From the human T2T-CHM13v2.0 reference genome, Homo sapiens: a DNA stretch of 64,000 nt. Positions 12,326 to 25,799 of this stretch are shown in pieces; positions within the stretch are counted from its first letter, which is position 1; each line of letters opens with the position of its first letter. The notes beneath the pieces were generated by a model. The model saw only the letters and a program-made list of their open reading frames with translations, was not told where the DNA came from and did not search any database. The stretch lies in NCBI RefSeq assembly GCF_009914755.1, contig NC_060947.1. The stretch is one strand, 5' to 3'. Position numbers and translations under genes: made by a program.

Positions 12326-14745
12326 GGCCCACTCTCCCTCCACTCTGTCCTGTGGCTGCCCACTGCCCTCCTACTGTCCAGCGTGGCCCTGCTGCACTCC
12401 AGCCATGTCCTCTCCAGGATCCCCACTGCCTTCCACCCAGGCCTCACCACCACAGCCTCTGCCAGAGGTCCTGGTGGACCTATGTGGAGATGGGACTTCC
12501 AGATCCCATCCTGGGAGTCACCAAAGCCTTTAAGAGGGACACCGATAGCAAAAAGATGAATCTGGGAGTTTGTGTCTACTGGGATGATAATGGAAAGCCT
12601 TACATGCTGCTTAATGTCAACAAGGAAGAGGCCCAGATTGCCACAAAAAATTTGGACAAAGAATACCTGCCCATTGGGGGTCTGGCTGAATTTTGCACGG
12701 CATCTGCAGAACTAGCCCTGGGTGAGAATAGTGAAGTGTTGAAAAATGTCCAGTTATTCACTGTGCATACCATTTCTGGAACTGCGACCTTAACGATCAG
12801 AGCCTGTTTTCTGCAAAGATTTTTTAAGCTCAGCCAGGATGTCCAAACCATCCTGGGGAAATCACACACCCATCTTCAGGGATGCTGGCATGCAGCTACA
12901 AATTTATTGTTACTATGACCCCAAGACTTGGTGTTTGACTTCACAGGTCGTATGGAGGACATTTCAAAAATACCAGAGCAAAGTGTTTTTCTGCATGCCT
13001 GTGCCCATAATCCCATGGGAGTGGAACCTCGTCTAGAGCAGTGAAAAGAAATAGCAACAGTGGTGAAGAAAAATAATCTCTTTGCATTCTTTGACATGGC
13101 CTAGCAAGGGTTTGCTAGTGATGATTGTAACAAGGATGCCTGGGCTGTGCACCACTTCATCAAAGAGCATTAATTTTTGTCTCTACCAATCATAAGCCAA
13201 GAACATGGAGTTATCTGGCAAGTGTGTGGGAGCCTTCACTGTGGTTTGCAAAGATACAGATGAAGCCAAAAATGTAGAGTCAGCAGTTGAAGATCTTGAT
13301 CTGTCCCATGTATTATAATCCTCCCCTCAATGGAGCCCAGATTGCTTCTACCATTCTTAACACCGAAATTTGCAAAAACAATGGTTGCAAGAAGTGAAAA
13401 GCATGGCCAACCACATCATTAACATGCAGACTCAGCTGGTCTCCAACCTAAAGAAGGAGGGTTCTACCCACATCTGGCAACACATAACTGACAAAATTGG
13501 CATGTTTTGTTTCACAGGGCTAAAGCCTGATCAGGTGGAGCAGCTGACCAATGAGTTCTCCATCTACATGGTAGAAGATGGCCACATCTCTGTGGCAGGG
13601 GTCACCTTCAGCAACATGGGCTACCTTGCCCATGCCTTTCATCAGGTCACCAAGTAATATCACTGGTGCAAGGAAACAGAAACAACCTTTCTGTCTTCAG
13701 TCTCTGCTATTGGGAGCTTCACAAAGAGGATGACAGAAGGTGGATGGTGGTGAGTAGATCATTTCTTTCAGCTGCATTGTGTAACAACATTCAGCAATTG
13801 AATGTTTCTCAGAAAAGAACATGTAGTGACATAGGGCAGAGACATCCATGTTTGGTGTCTGGAACATTGTGGCTCTAAACCAAACTCTCCCCTGTCCTTT
13901 TATCTCCCAACTTTTCTCAAAGAGTTTATACATGCAAGAAAGTCATCACACCAAAAAACCTGTCAGTTATGCCATTGCAATATTTCAGAAGCTTTAACTG
14001 AAGTGTAATACAGTGTCAGGGTTCCTCATGAGAAATAGCACACATTGGAAGCTTTGAGAGAAGACCTACTTCTATCATGAACAGTCAGCACTGTGTCTGT
14101 CCTCCCATGATGGAGCAACCTTAAAAAGAGACCATATTGCAGAAATTGCATTTTATGAAAACCAATCAGTATGCTGACATTACAGCAAGGAAAATAAAAG
14201 ATGTTGTTTTCTGTCTTATTTAAGAAAAAGAGAAGGCTCTCTCTTCTCCCTTGTCATTGTTGTTTTTTTCCTTATGCACAAAGATTTTTAACTAATGTAG
14301 ATTTTCATTCCATTCTACTGCTTGATTGATCATCAACCCCATCCTGTTGGGATTTATTTAAAAATAAAGAACATAATTTTCTGCTGATGCCTTACCATCA
14401 CCTTTCTCAGCAAAGAATAGTGGAGAGTAGGTAACTGCACTTTATCTCAGCATCCTCTTCAAGGATTGTATATTTGTCTTCTGTTGAGATGTTGTCTCTG
14501 CCCAGTTGGACCTACTCTCTTTGTTGAATGTAGTTGTGCAGTCACTCATTTCACATCATGAGTTAGGTGGCACAGGGCAGTACCAGGAAATAGGATATTC
14601 TAGGCTTTATGTGCTGCCAGCTGGGATCAAGCTACACCCTTTGGAAAGAATCACTATCTGCTCTAATCATGTAGACTTATTGCAGCCTGGCTTCTCTGTT
14701 ACAATAAAATTACTGAAGACACTCCCCCTCTGAAAATAAAAAAAA
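12326..14745 (+). pseudogene. GOT2: Processed pseudogene of GOT2 (mitochondrial aspartate aminotransferase), near-full-length mRNA copy
   Basis: Intronless. Translations match GOT2 ('[34 protein letters not shown]', '[16 protein letters not shown]', '[18 protein letters not shown]...[12 protein letters not shown]'). Start decayed to GTG (12383-12385), stop at 13655-13657. Frameshifts plus premature stops TGA 13042-13044, TAG 13102-13104 and TAA 13193-13195 (two codons before the PLP-binding Lys codon 13199-13201). About 1.07-kb 3' UTR, AATAAA 14703-14708, A tract 14733-14746. TSD AACAATTCTAAATAT (12311-12325) / ATCATTTCTAAATAT (14746-14760). The symbol is that of the parent gene; the GOT2P number cannot be determined here. 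Confidence 0.97.
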
Positions 14746-15480
14746 ATCATTTCTAAATATATATTCATTCAACACTGGAGCACCCAGATACATAAAACAA
14801 GTTCTTGGACACATATGAAGAGATCAAGATAACCACACAATTATAGTGAAAGGCTTCAACACACCACAAACAGTGTTAAACATATCATAAAGGCAGAAAA
14901 CGAACAAAGATATTTGGGATGTAAACTGGATACCTGTTCAAATGTACCTAACAGGCATTTACAGGATACTCCACCCAATAACAGAGTATATATTCGTGTC
15001 ATCTGCACATGACACATACTCTAATATCAACCATGCACTTGGCCATAAGGCAATTCTCAACAATTTTTTTTAAAAAAGCCAAAATTATTCCATCTACACT
15101 TTTGGAGCATAATGCAACAAAAATAGAAATCAATACAAAGAAGATCTCTCAAAACTCATAAAATTACATGGAAATTAAACAGCCTGCTCTCTAATGACCT
15201 GCCTCGAATGTAAATGAGGCAGAAATCAAGAAATTATTTGAAACTAATGAAACCAGGGATACAACATACCATAATTTCTGGGACACCTCTGAAACAGAGT
15301 TAAGAGGAAAGTTTATAGCACTAAACACCCACATCGAGAACTTAGATCTAAAGTTAACAACCTACCATCACACCTAGAGGAACTAGAGAAAAAAAGAGCA
15401 AACCAACCTCAAAAGTAGCCAAAGAAAAATAACAAAAATCATTGCTAAATTGAATGAAATTGAGATGCAAAAATTCATAC

Positions 15481-15766
<286 letters not shown>

Positions 15767-17043
15767 CTATACAAAACATCAATGAAATCAAAAGTTGGTT
15801 TCTTGAAAGAATAAATAAGATTGATAGACTGCTAGATAGACAAATGAATAACAGAGGAAAGATCCACATGAACACAATCAGAAATGACAAAGATGACATT
15901 ACCACAACCCCACAGAAATACATAAAAACTACCAGAGACTATTACAAACACTTCTATGTACACAAATTAGAAAACCTAGAACATATTCGTGAATTCCTGG
16001 AAATACACAACTTTTCAAGATTGAACCAAGAAGAAACTGACACCCTGAACAGACCAATAAAGACTTCCCAAATTGAATCCCTAATAAAAAATACCTATCA
16101 ACCAGAAAAAGCCTTCCACTGGAAGGATTCACAGCTAAATTCTACCAGACATATTTAAAAGACCTGGTACCAATCCTACTGAAACTATTCCAAAAAATTG
16201 AGGAGGACTTCTTCCTAATTCATTCTATGAGGCCAGAATCTTTCTGATACCAAAACCTGGCACAGCAACAATGAAAGAGAACTCCAGGCCAATATCCCTG
16301 ATTAACACAGACACAAAAATCCTCAACAAAATCAAATTAACCAGCACATCAGAAAGCTGGTCTACCATGATCAGGTAGGCTTTATTCCTGGCATGCAAAC
16401 TTGGATCAACATATACAAATCTATACATGTGATCATCACATAAACAGAACTACAAAAACACATGGTGATGACAATAGTTGAAGAAAAGGCTTTCAATGAA
16501 ATTCAGTATTCCTTCGTGTTAAGAACCCTCAACAGACTAGGCATGGAAGAAACATACCTCAAAGTAACAAGAGCCATCTCTGACAAACCCACAGCCAACA
16601 TCATACTGAATGGGCAATTGCTGGACCCCTTCCCCCTAAGAATTGGAGTAAAACAAGAATGCCCACTCTCACCACTTCTATTCACCATAATACTGGAAGT
16701 GCTAACCTGAACAATCAGGCAAGGGAAAGAAATAAATGGACTCTAAATAGGAAGAGAGGAAGTCAAACTATTTCTCTTCACAGATGATATAATTCTATAG
16801 CTAGAAAACATCATAGTCTCTGCACAAAGGCTGTTAGACCTTACTAACAACTTCAGTAATGTTTCAGGATACAAAATCAATGTACAAAAATTAATAGGAT
16901 TTCTATACACAAATAATGTTCAAGCTGAGAGCCAAGTCAAGAACTCAATCGCATTCACAATACCCACAAAAGAATAAAATACCTAAGTGTAGAGATAACC
17001 AGGGAGGTGAAACGTCTTTACAATTAGAATTGCAAAACACTGC

Positions 17044-20000
17044 CTATTTTGGACCTACTCTGGCTCAGAGGGCAGCCCACTGATATGAAGTTTGTGTCTC
17101 GGGCCTGGCAGCATTCACCACAAGCTGATTGAAGAACATTTGGGCCTTAAGTGAATATCAATGTTAGCCTACAGCACTCCCCATGGGCTATTGGTGGTGG
17201 TGGCATGTGGAGAGACTTGTCTGACTGTGGAAGAAGGAGGCAAGAGTGTGAAGGACATTGTCTTGTGGCTTGAGTGCCAGCTTAGCTGCAGTAGAAAACA
17301 GTACCAGTTAGATCTCTAAGGTTTTTGACTCCAGTCCCTGGTTCCCAGATGGCATGTCTGGACTTGGCCCAGACCTGGAGAAACTCACCTGTCTGGCTTC
17401 ACCATCTGCTAATTGTGGAGCCCTAGGGCATTAGGAAAACATAAGCATTAGCTAGGTAGTGGTTATGGAGGCCTTGGGTGAGACCAAGTGCTTTGCTGGC
17501 TTCAGGTCTGTCCCAGCACAGACGCAATGATGGTAGCTACATGGGTGCATGTGTCATTCCTCTACCAGTCCAAGACAGTTGTCCATGGAGAGAGAGACTC
17601 TATTTGGAAGAAAACAAGGGAACAGAACAAGAGTTTCTGTCAGGTAATCCAGATAATTCTTCCACAACTTATCTAGGATCAGAAAGGCATTACCTCTATG
17701 AGTCTGCAAGAACTACTGCATTACTGGACCTGGGGTGCCCACTAATGCAGATATGTCTGCAGTGACCAAAAACTTAGATCACACTACCAAAGTCCATTTA
17801 GATACCTGGCAAGTCTTCCCAAGAGGTATTGGTACAAAGAAGCCCAGACTGCAAAGACTGCAATAAATACTCAACTCTTCAATTTGCAGTCACTGATGAA
17901 CATCCACATGCAAAAAGACCATCCAGGAAAACATGCCCTCACCAAACGTGCTAAAGAAGGCACCAGGGACAAATCCTGGAGAAACAAAGATATGTGACCG
18001 TTCAGACAGAGAATTCAAAATAACTGTGTTAAGGAGACTCAATGAAATTCAAGATAACACAAAGAAAATATTCAGAATTCTATCCGATAAATTTAACAGA
18101 GATTAATGAAAAACAATCAAGAAAAAAATTAGAGTTCAAAAATGCAGTTGACATACTGAAGAATGCATCAGAGTCTCTTAATAGCAGAATTGATCAAGCA
18201 GAAAGAAGAATTAGTGAGCTTGAAGAAAGGCTATAGGAAAATACACAGTCAGAGGGACAAGAATAAAAATAAAGAAGAACACCTACAAGACCTGGAAATT
18301 AGCCTCAGATGAGAAAATCTAAAAGTTATTGGCCTTAAAGGGGAGGTAGACAAGATGTGGATAGAGAGTTTATTCAAAGGGGTAATTACAAAGCACTTCC
18401 CAAACCTAAGGAAAGATATTAATATCCAAGTACAAGAAGGTTACAGAACACAAAGCAGATTTAACCAACAATTGTCTCAAAGCATTTAATAATCAAACTC
18501 TCAAAGTTCAAGAATAAAAACAGGATTCTAAAAGCAGCAAGAGAAAAGAAACAAATAATATACAGTAAAGCTCCAATACCTCTGGAAGCAGACTTTTCAG
18601 TGAAAATCTTACAGGACAGGAAAGAGTGGCATGTATTTAAAGTGCTACAGGAAAAAAAAAAAAACTTTAGAATACTGTAGCCAGTGAAAATATACTTCAT
18701 ACATGAAGGAGATATAAAGACTGTCCTAAAGTAGCAAAAGCTGAGGGATTTCACCAACACCAGACCCATCCTACAAGAAATGATAGAGAGAATTCTGCTA
18801 TCAGAAAGGAAAGGACATTCATGAGCATTAAGAAATAATCTGAAGGTACAAAACTCACGGGTAATAGTAAGTCCATAGAAAAACACATAATATTATAACA
18901 TTATAATTGTAGTTTGTAAACTACACTTACCTTAAATAGAAAGACAAACAGATGAACCAATAAAAAATAATAACTAAGACAACTTTTCAAGACATAGACA
19001 GTACAATAAGATATAAATGGAAACAAACCCACAAATTTTAAAAGTGGGGAGATGAAGTTACAGTGTAGAGTTTTTATTAGTTTTCTTATTGCTTGTCTGT
19101 TCATGCAATCAGTGTTAAGTTGTCAGCAGTTTAAAATAATGGATTTTAAGATAGTATTTGCAAGCCTTATGGTAACCTCAAATCAAGAAACATACAATAG
19201 ATACACAAAAAGTGAGAAGCAAGAAATTAAAACAGACCTTCCAGATGGAAAATCAGCAAAGAAACATTGGGCTTAATCTACACTATAGACCAAATGTGTC
19301 TAATGGATATTTACAAGAGAATCACTTTCACTAAAAGGAAGACATGAAGGAAGGAAAAAAGGAATTGAAGATCACAAAACAACCAGGAATCAAATAAAAA
19401 ATGGCAGGAGGAAGGACTTACTTATTAATAGTAACATTGACTGTAAATGGTCTAGACATTGCAATCAGAAGACATCAAGTGGCTGAATGGATTTAAAAAA
19501 ATGCAATAATTTGTTTCCTACAAGAAATATACTTCTCCTAGAAAGACACACGTAGACTGAAATAAATGGATGAAAAAGATTAATATCTTGGCAGTGGAAA
19601 CCAAAAAATGCAGGAGTAGTTATACCAGTGAAAATAGATTTTTAAGGTGAAAAGTATAAGAAGAGACAAAGAAGGTTATATGATTTGTCTGTGTCCCCAC
19701 TCAAATCTCACCTTGAATTGTAATAATCCCCACATGTCATGGGAGGGACCCAGTGGGAAGTAATTGAATTATGGGGGTGGGTTTTTTCCATGCTGTTCTT
19801 GTGATAGTGAATGAGTCTCACGAGATCTGATGGTTTTATAAAAGGGCAGTTCCTCTGCACATGCTTTCTTGCCTGCTGTGATGTAAGATGTTGTGTGCTT
19901 CCCCTTCATCTTCTGCCATGATTGTGAGGCCTCCCCAGCTATGTGGAACTGTGATTCAATTAAACCTCTTTCCTTTATAAATTATCTAGTCTCAGATACA

Positions 20001-23000
20001 TCTTTATTAGGAGCATGAAAACAGACTGATACAGAAGGTCATTATGTAATGATAAGGTGGTCAATTCAGCAGGAGGTTATAACAATTGTAAATATATATG
20101 CACCCAACACTGTTGCAATCAGCTATATAAAGCAAATATAATTAGAGCTAAAGAGAGAGAGATGCCAATACAATAATAACTAGAGACACCAACATCTCAC
20201 TTTCACCATTGGACAGACCTTCTAGATAGAAAAATTAACAAAGGAACATTGGACTTAATCTGGACTATAGACCAAATGGATCTAATAGATATTTACAGAA
20301 CATTCAATTGAATGGCTGCAGGATATACATTCTTCTCCTTAGCACATGGTTCAGTCTCATGGATAGGCCATATGTTAGGCTACAAATGTGTCTTAAAACA
20401 TTTAAAAATTGAGATAATATCAAGAATCTTCTGTGATCACAATGGAATAAAACCAGAAATCAAAAACAGAACAATTTTGGAAATTATACAGGCACATGGA
20501 AATTAAACAATATGCTCCTGAATGACCAGTGGGTCAAAGATGAAATTAAGAAAGAAATTGAAAATTTTTTTGAAACAAGTGAAAATGGAATCATGACATA
20601 TCTAAACCTACAGGATGCAGTGAGAGCAGTCCTAATAGGGGAGTTTATAACTATAAGCCACTATGTGAAAAAAAGAAATACTTCAAATAAACAATTTAAT
20701 GATGCATCTTGAAGAACTAGGAGGGCAAGAGCAAACCGAACCCAAAATTAGTAGAAGAGATAACAAAGAGCGGAAATACATGAAAATGAAATGAAGAAAC
20801 AACACAAAAGATCAATGAAACAAAAAGTTGTGGTTTTTTAAAAGATAAAACTGACAAACCTCTAGCCAGACTTACTAAGTGAAAAAGAGAGAAGACCCAA
20901 ATAAATAAAATTAGAGATTTAAAAGCAGACATTACAATTCATTTCACAGAAATCCAAAGAAACATTACAGGCTAATATAAACAATTATACACCAATAAAT
21001 TGTAAAATCTATAAAAAATTGATAAATTCTTAGAAACATACAACGTATCTACATTGAGAAAATTCAAAACCTGAACAGACCAGTAATAAGTAATGAGATC
21101 AAAGCTGCATTTAAAAGTCTCCCCACAAAGAAAATCTGATGACTCAATGACTGTGCTGCTGAATTGTACCAAACATTTAAAGAAGCACTCATATTATTTC
21201 TACTGAAACTATTCCAGAAAATAAAGGATGGAATACTTTCAAACTCATTCTATGAGGCCAGTATTACTCTCATATCAAAGCCAGACAAAAACACATTAAA
21301 AAAACTCCAAGTCAATTTCTCTGATGAACATTGAATTGAAAATCCTCAACAACATTAACTAGCAAACCAAATTCAGTAATACGTTAAAAAGATCATTCAT
21401 CATGATTAAGTGGATTTATTCCAAGGGGTCAAGACTGTTTTAACATGTATAAATCAATCAATGTGATACACTATAGCAAAAGAATGAAGGACAAAAACCA
21501 TATGATCATCTCAATTGATGCTGAAAAAAAAATTTGATAAAATTCAACATCCCTTCATTATAAAAACCCTCAACAAAATCTGGGTATAGAACAAACAGAC
21601 CACAATGTAATAAAAGTCAAATACAACAGATTCACAACCAGTATCATAATAAGTAGGGAAAAACCAAAACCTTTAAGATCAGAAACACACGGATACCTGT
21701 TTTCACCACTGTTATTCAACGTAGTACTGCAAGTCCTAGCTAGAGCAGTCAGGCTGGAGAAATACAGGGCATCCAAATTGGAAAGGAAGATGTCAAACTG
21801 TTTTTGTTTGCAGATGATATGATCTTATATTTGGAAAAACCTAAAGACACCACGAAAAAACTATTACAATGGGTAAATTCAGCAAAGTTGTAAGAGATCA
21901 AATCAACATGCAATCATCAGTAGGACTTCTATATGCCACTAGCAAACAATCTCAAAAAGAAATCAAGAATGTAATCCCATTTACCATAGCTAAAAATATA
22001 ATTTTTAAACCTAGGAATTAATCCAACCAAAGAAATGAAAGATCTCTATAATGAAAACTGTAAAACACTGAGGAAAGAAATTGAAGAGGACACAAAAACT
22101 TGCAATGATATTCTATGTTCATGGATTGGAAGAATCAACATTGTTAAAATGTTCACACTACCCAAAGGTAGTCTGCAGATTAAATGCAATCTCTACGAAA
22201 ATGCTAATGACATTCTTTACAAAAATAGAACAAAAATCATAAAATTTATATGGAGTCACAACAGACCTAGAATAGCCAAAGTCATCCTGAGCAAAAAGAA
22301 GAAAACTGGAGGAATCACACTACCATACTTAAAATTACACTGCAGAGCTGTAGTAAGCAAAACAACATGGTACTGGCATAAAAATAGGCACATAGCACAA
22401 ATGGAACAGAATGGAGAATTCAAAAATAAATTAATGCATTTACAGTGAACTCATTTTTGACAAAAGCCAAGAACATACATTGAGGAAAGGACAGTCTCTT
22501 CAATAAATTGTGCTGGCAAAGCTGGATATTTATAAGCAGACTCAAAAAACTATACCCTTATCTCTTGCCATACACAAAAATCAAATCAAAATTGATTAAC
22601 GACTTAAATCTAAGACCTCAAACTATGAAACTAGTACAAGAAAACATTGAGGAAACTCCCCAGAACATTAGAGTGGCAAAGATTTTTTGAGTAATACCCC
22701 ACAAAAACATGCATCTAAAACAAAAATGGAAAAATAGATTACATCAATTTAAAAAGCTGTACAGCAAAGGAAACAATCAACGAAATGAAGAGACAACCCA
22801 CAAAATGAGATAAAATATTTGCAAACTTCCCATATGACAAGGGATTAATAACCAGCATAATAAGGAGCTCAAACAACTCTATAGGAAAAAAAATCTAATA
22901 ATCTGATCAAAACATGGGAAAAAGATTTGAATAGACATTTCCCAAAAGAAGACATACAAATGACAGACAAGCATATGAAAAGGTGCTCAATGTCATTTAC

Positions 23001-23858
23001 CATCAGAAAAACGCAAATCAAAACTATAATGAGGTATCATCTCACTTCCATTAAAATAGCTTTTATTTAAAAGACAGGAAATAAATGCTGGTGAGGATAT
23101 GGACAAAAGGGCACCCTTACACACTGTTGATGGGAATGTAAATTAGTATAACCATTATGGAGAACCATTTGGTTCTCCATAAAATCCATAAAATCCAGCA
23201 ATCCCACTTCTAGATATATACCCAAAAGAAAGGAAATCAGTATATCAAAGAGATATCTGCACTCTCATGTTTATTGCAGAATTATTTACATTAGCCAAGA
23301 TTTTTAAGCAACCTAAGTGTCTGTCAACAGATGAATGGATAAAGAAAATGTGGTACATATACACAATAGTGTATCATTCAGCCATAAAAAAGTCTTGTCG
23401 TTGGCAATAAAATGGATGGAATTGGAGGTCATTATTTTCAGTGAAATAAGCCAGGCATGAAAAGACAAACTTTGCATGTTCTCAGTTATTTGTGGGAGCT
23501 AAAAATAAAAGCAATAGAATTCATGGAGATAGAGAGTGGAAGTATGGTTACAAGAAGCTTGAAAGGGTAGTGGGGCATTGGAGAGGGGTGTGAGGATGTT
23601 TCATGAGTACAACAAATAGAAAGAATAAGATGTAGGATTTGACAGCATGAGGGTGATCATAGTCAATAATGATTTAATTTTATGTTTTAAAATAATGACA
23701 AGAGTATAACTGGATTCTTTGTAACACAGAGGATAAATGCTTGAGGTGATGAATACTACATTTACCCTGATGTGATAGTTATGCATTGGCTTTCTTTATC
23801 AGAATATTTCATGTACCTTTTAAATATATACATCTGCTATGTACCCATAAAAATTTTA
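17044..23858 (+). mobile_element. L1MA1/L1MA2-like near-full-length element nested in the L1PA15/16 ORF2
   Basis: Own 5' UTR, ORF1 ('LNSRIDQAERRISELEERL'), long inter-ORF spacer, ORF2 and L1MA-type 3' UTR ('ggataaatgcttgaggtgatg...ctatgtacccataaaaattttaaa'); degenerate TSD AATTGCAAAACACTGC (17028-17043) / AATTACAGAAAAACTGC (23859-23875). Confidence 0.88.
19676..20033 (+). mobile_element. THE1 (THE1B-like) MaLR solo LTR
   Basis: 'ttatatgatttgtctgtgtccccactcaaatctcaccttgaattgtaataatccc...gaaaacagactgataca'; 358 bp; perfect 5-bp TSD GAAGG at 19671-19675 and 20034-20038. Confidence 0.95.
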
Positions 23859-25799
23859 AATTACAGAAAAACTGCTGAAGGATATCAGAGACAACACAAT
23901 GAAATGGAAAACATTTCATACTCATGGATAGGAAAAATCTATATTGTTAAAATAACCATACTGCCCAAAGCAATTTACAGATCGAATTCTATTTCTATGA
24001 AACTAACAAGGTTACTTTTCACAGAATTTGGAAAAACTATTCCAAGAGTCATATTGAACCAACAAAGAACCTGAATAGCCAAAGGAATTCTAAGCAAAAG
24101 AAGCAAAGCCAGAGGCATCACACTACTTGACTTCCAACTGTACTACAAGAATACAGTAATTAAAACACCATGGTACTGATACAAAAACAGAAACAGACCA
24201 ATGGAGCAGATTAGGGAACCTAGAAACAAAGCCACACACCTGCAATCATTTGATCTTCAACAAAATTTCAATAACAAACAATGAATAACCTTTTCAAGTA
24301 GTGGTGATAGCATAACTGGCTAGCCATAAGCAGAAGATTGAAACTGGACTCTTGTCTTTTTTCATATACAAAATCAACTCAAGATGGATTAGAGACTCAA
24401 ATGTAAGCCCTAAAGCTGTATAAACCCTAGAAGAAAACCTAAGACATACTATTTTGGACATAGGCCATGGCAACGATTTCATGTCAAAGACTCCAAAAGC
24501 AATATCAACAAAAACATAAATTGACAAGTGGGAAGTAATTAAATTAAAGAGGTTCTACCTAGCAAAAGAAATGATCACAGAGTAAACAGTCAACCTACAA
24601 AATGGGAGAAGTTATTTGCAAACTATGCATTTGACAAAGATCTAATATCCAGAATCCATAAGGAACTTAAATTAACAAGAAAAAACAACCCCATTAAAAA
24701 TGGGCATAAGACATGAACAGATACCTCTCAAAAGAGGACATACATGCTATCAACAAGCATATGAAAAATTCTCAACGTCACTGATTATTAGAGAAATAAA
24801 AATCAAAACCACCATGTGATAACATCTTACACCAGTCAGAATGGCTATTTAAAAGTCAGAAAATAACAAAAGTTTATTAGATTTTGGAGAAAAGGGAATG
24901 CTTATACACTGTTGGTGGAAGTGTAAATTAGTTCAGCCACTGTGGAATGTAGTTTGAAGAATTCTCAAAGACAGAAATACCATTCAAGTCAGCAGTATCA
25001 TTTCTGGATATACACCCAAAAGAACACGAATTGTTCTACCATAAAGACACCTGCAGTTGTTTGTTCATAGCAGCAGTATTCACAATAGCAAAGACTTGAA
25101 ATCAACCTAGATGCTCATCAACGGTGGTCTGGATAAATAAAATATGGTACATATACACCATGGAATAGTACACAGGCATAAAATACAAAACAATGTTCAT
25201 TTCAGCAACATGGATGCAGCTGGAGGCCATTATTTTAAGTGAATTAATACAGGAACAGAAAACCAAATACCACATATTCTCTTTCGTAAGTGGGAGCTTA
25301 TGAGGAATTGAGTACACATGGATAAAAAGAAGGGAATTGTAGACACCAGAACCTACTTGAGAGAGAGGGTGGGAGGAGGTTGAGGGTCAAAAAACTACCT
25401 GTTGGGTACTATGCTCACTGCCTCATTGCACATCAAATCACAGTGACATGCTATTTACTCACTTAGCAAACCTGCACATGTACCTCCAAACCTAAAATAA
25501 AAGTTGAAACAGAAATAGAAAAAGAGTTGTAGAATTTTGAAAAAAAATATTCCAGCCCATATTTATCAAAATTTTATTATATATGTCAAGCATTGCATAC
25601 TGGAGTATGAGGATCCAATAATAAACAATAATAAGGAAAAAATAGAGATAGTGTAGGTGCAGGGTAGCTAGGATCATTTCTTTATTAATTTTTCACAAAG
25701 AAGATTGAATACACTGTGTTTGGTCATTTATAAAAATAAATACATGTATTAACATAAACCTTCAGATAAATAAATATTTGCTGAAAAGCATTCTGATGA

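Noticed and set aside
12352-12918. 188-aa ORF as a functional aminotransferase gene
   Set aside because: It is a frameshifted fragment of the GOT2 retrocopy with no valid start; downstream stops fall before the PLP-binding lysine.
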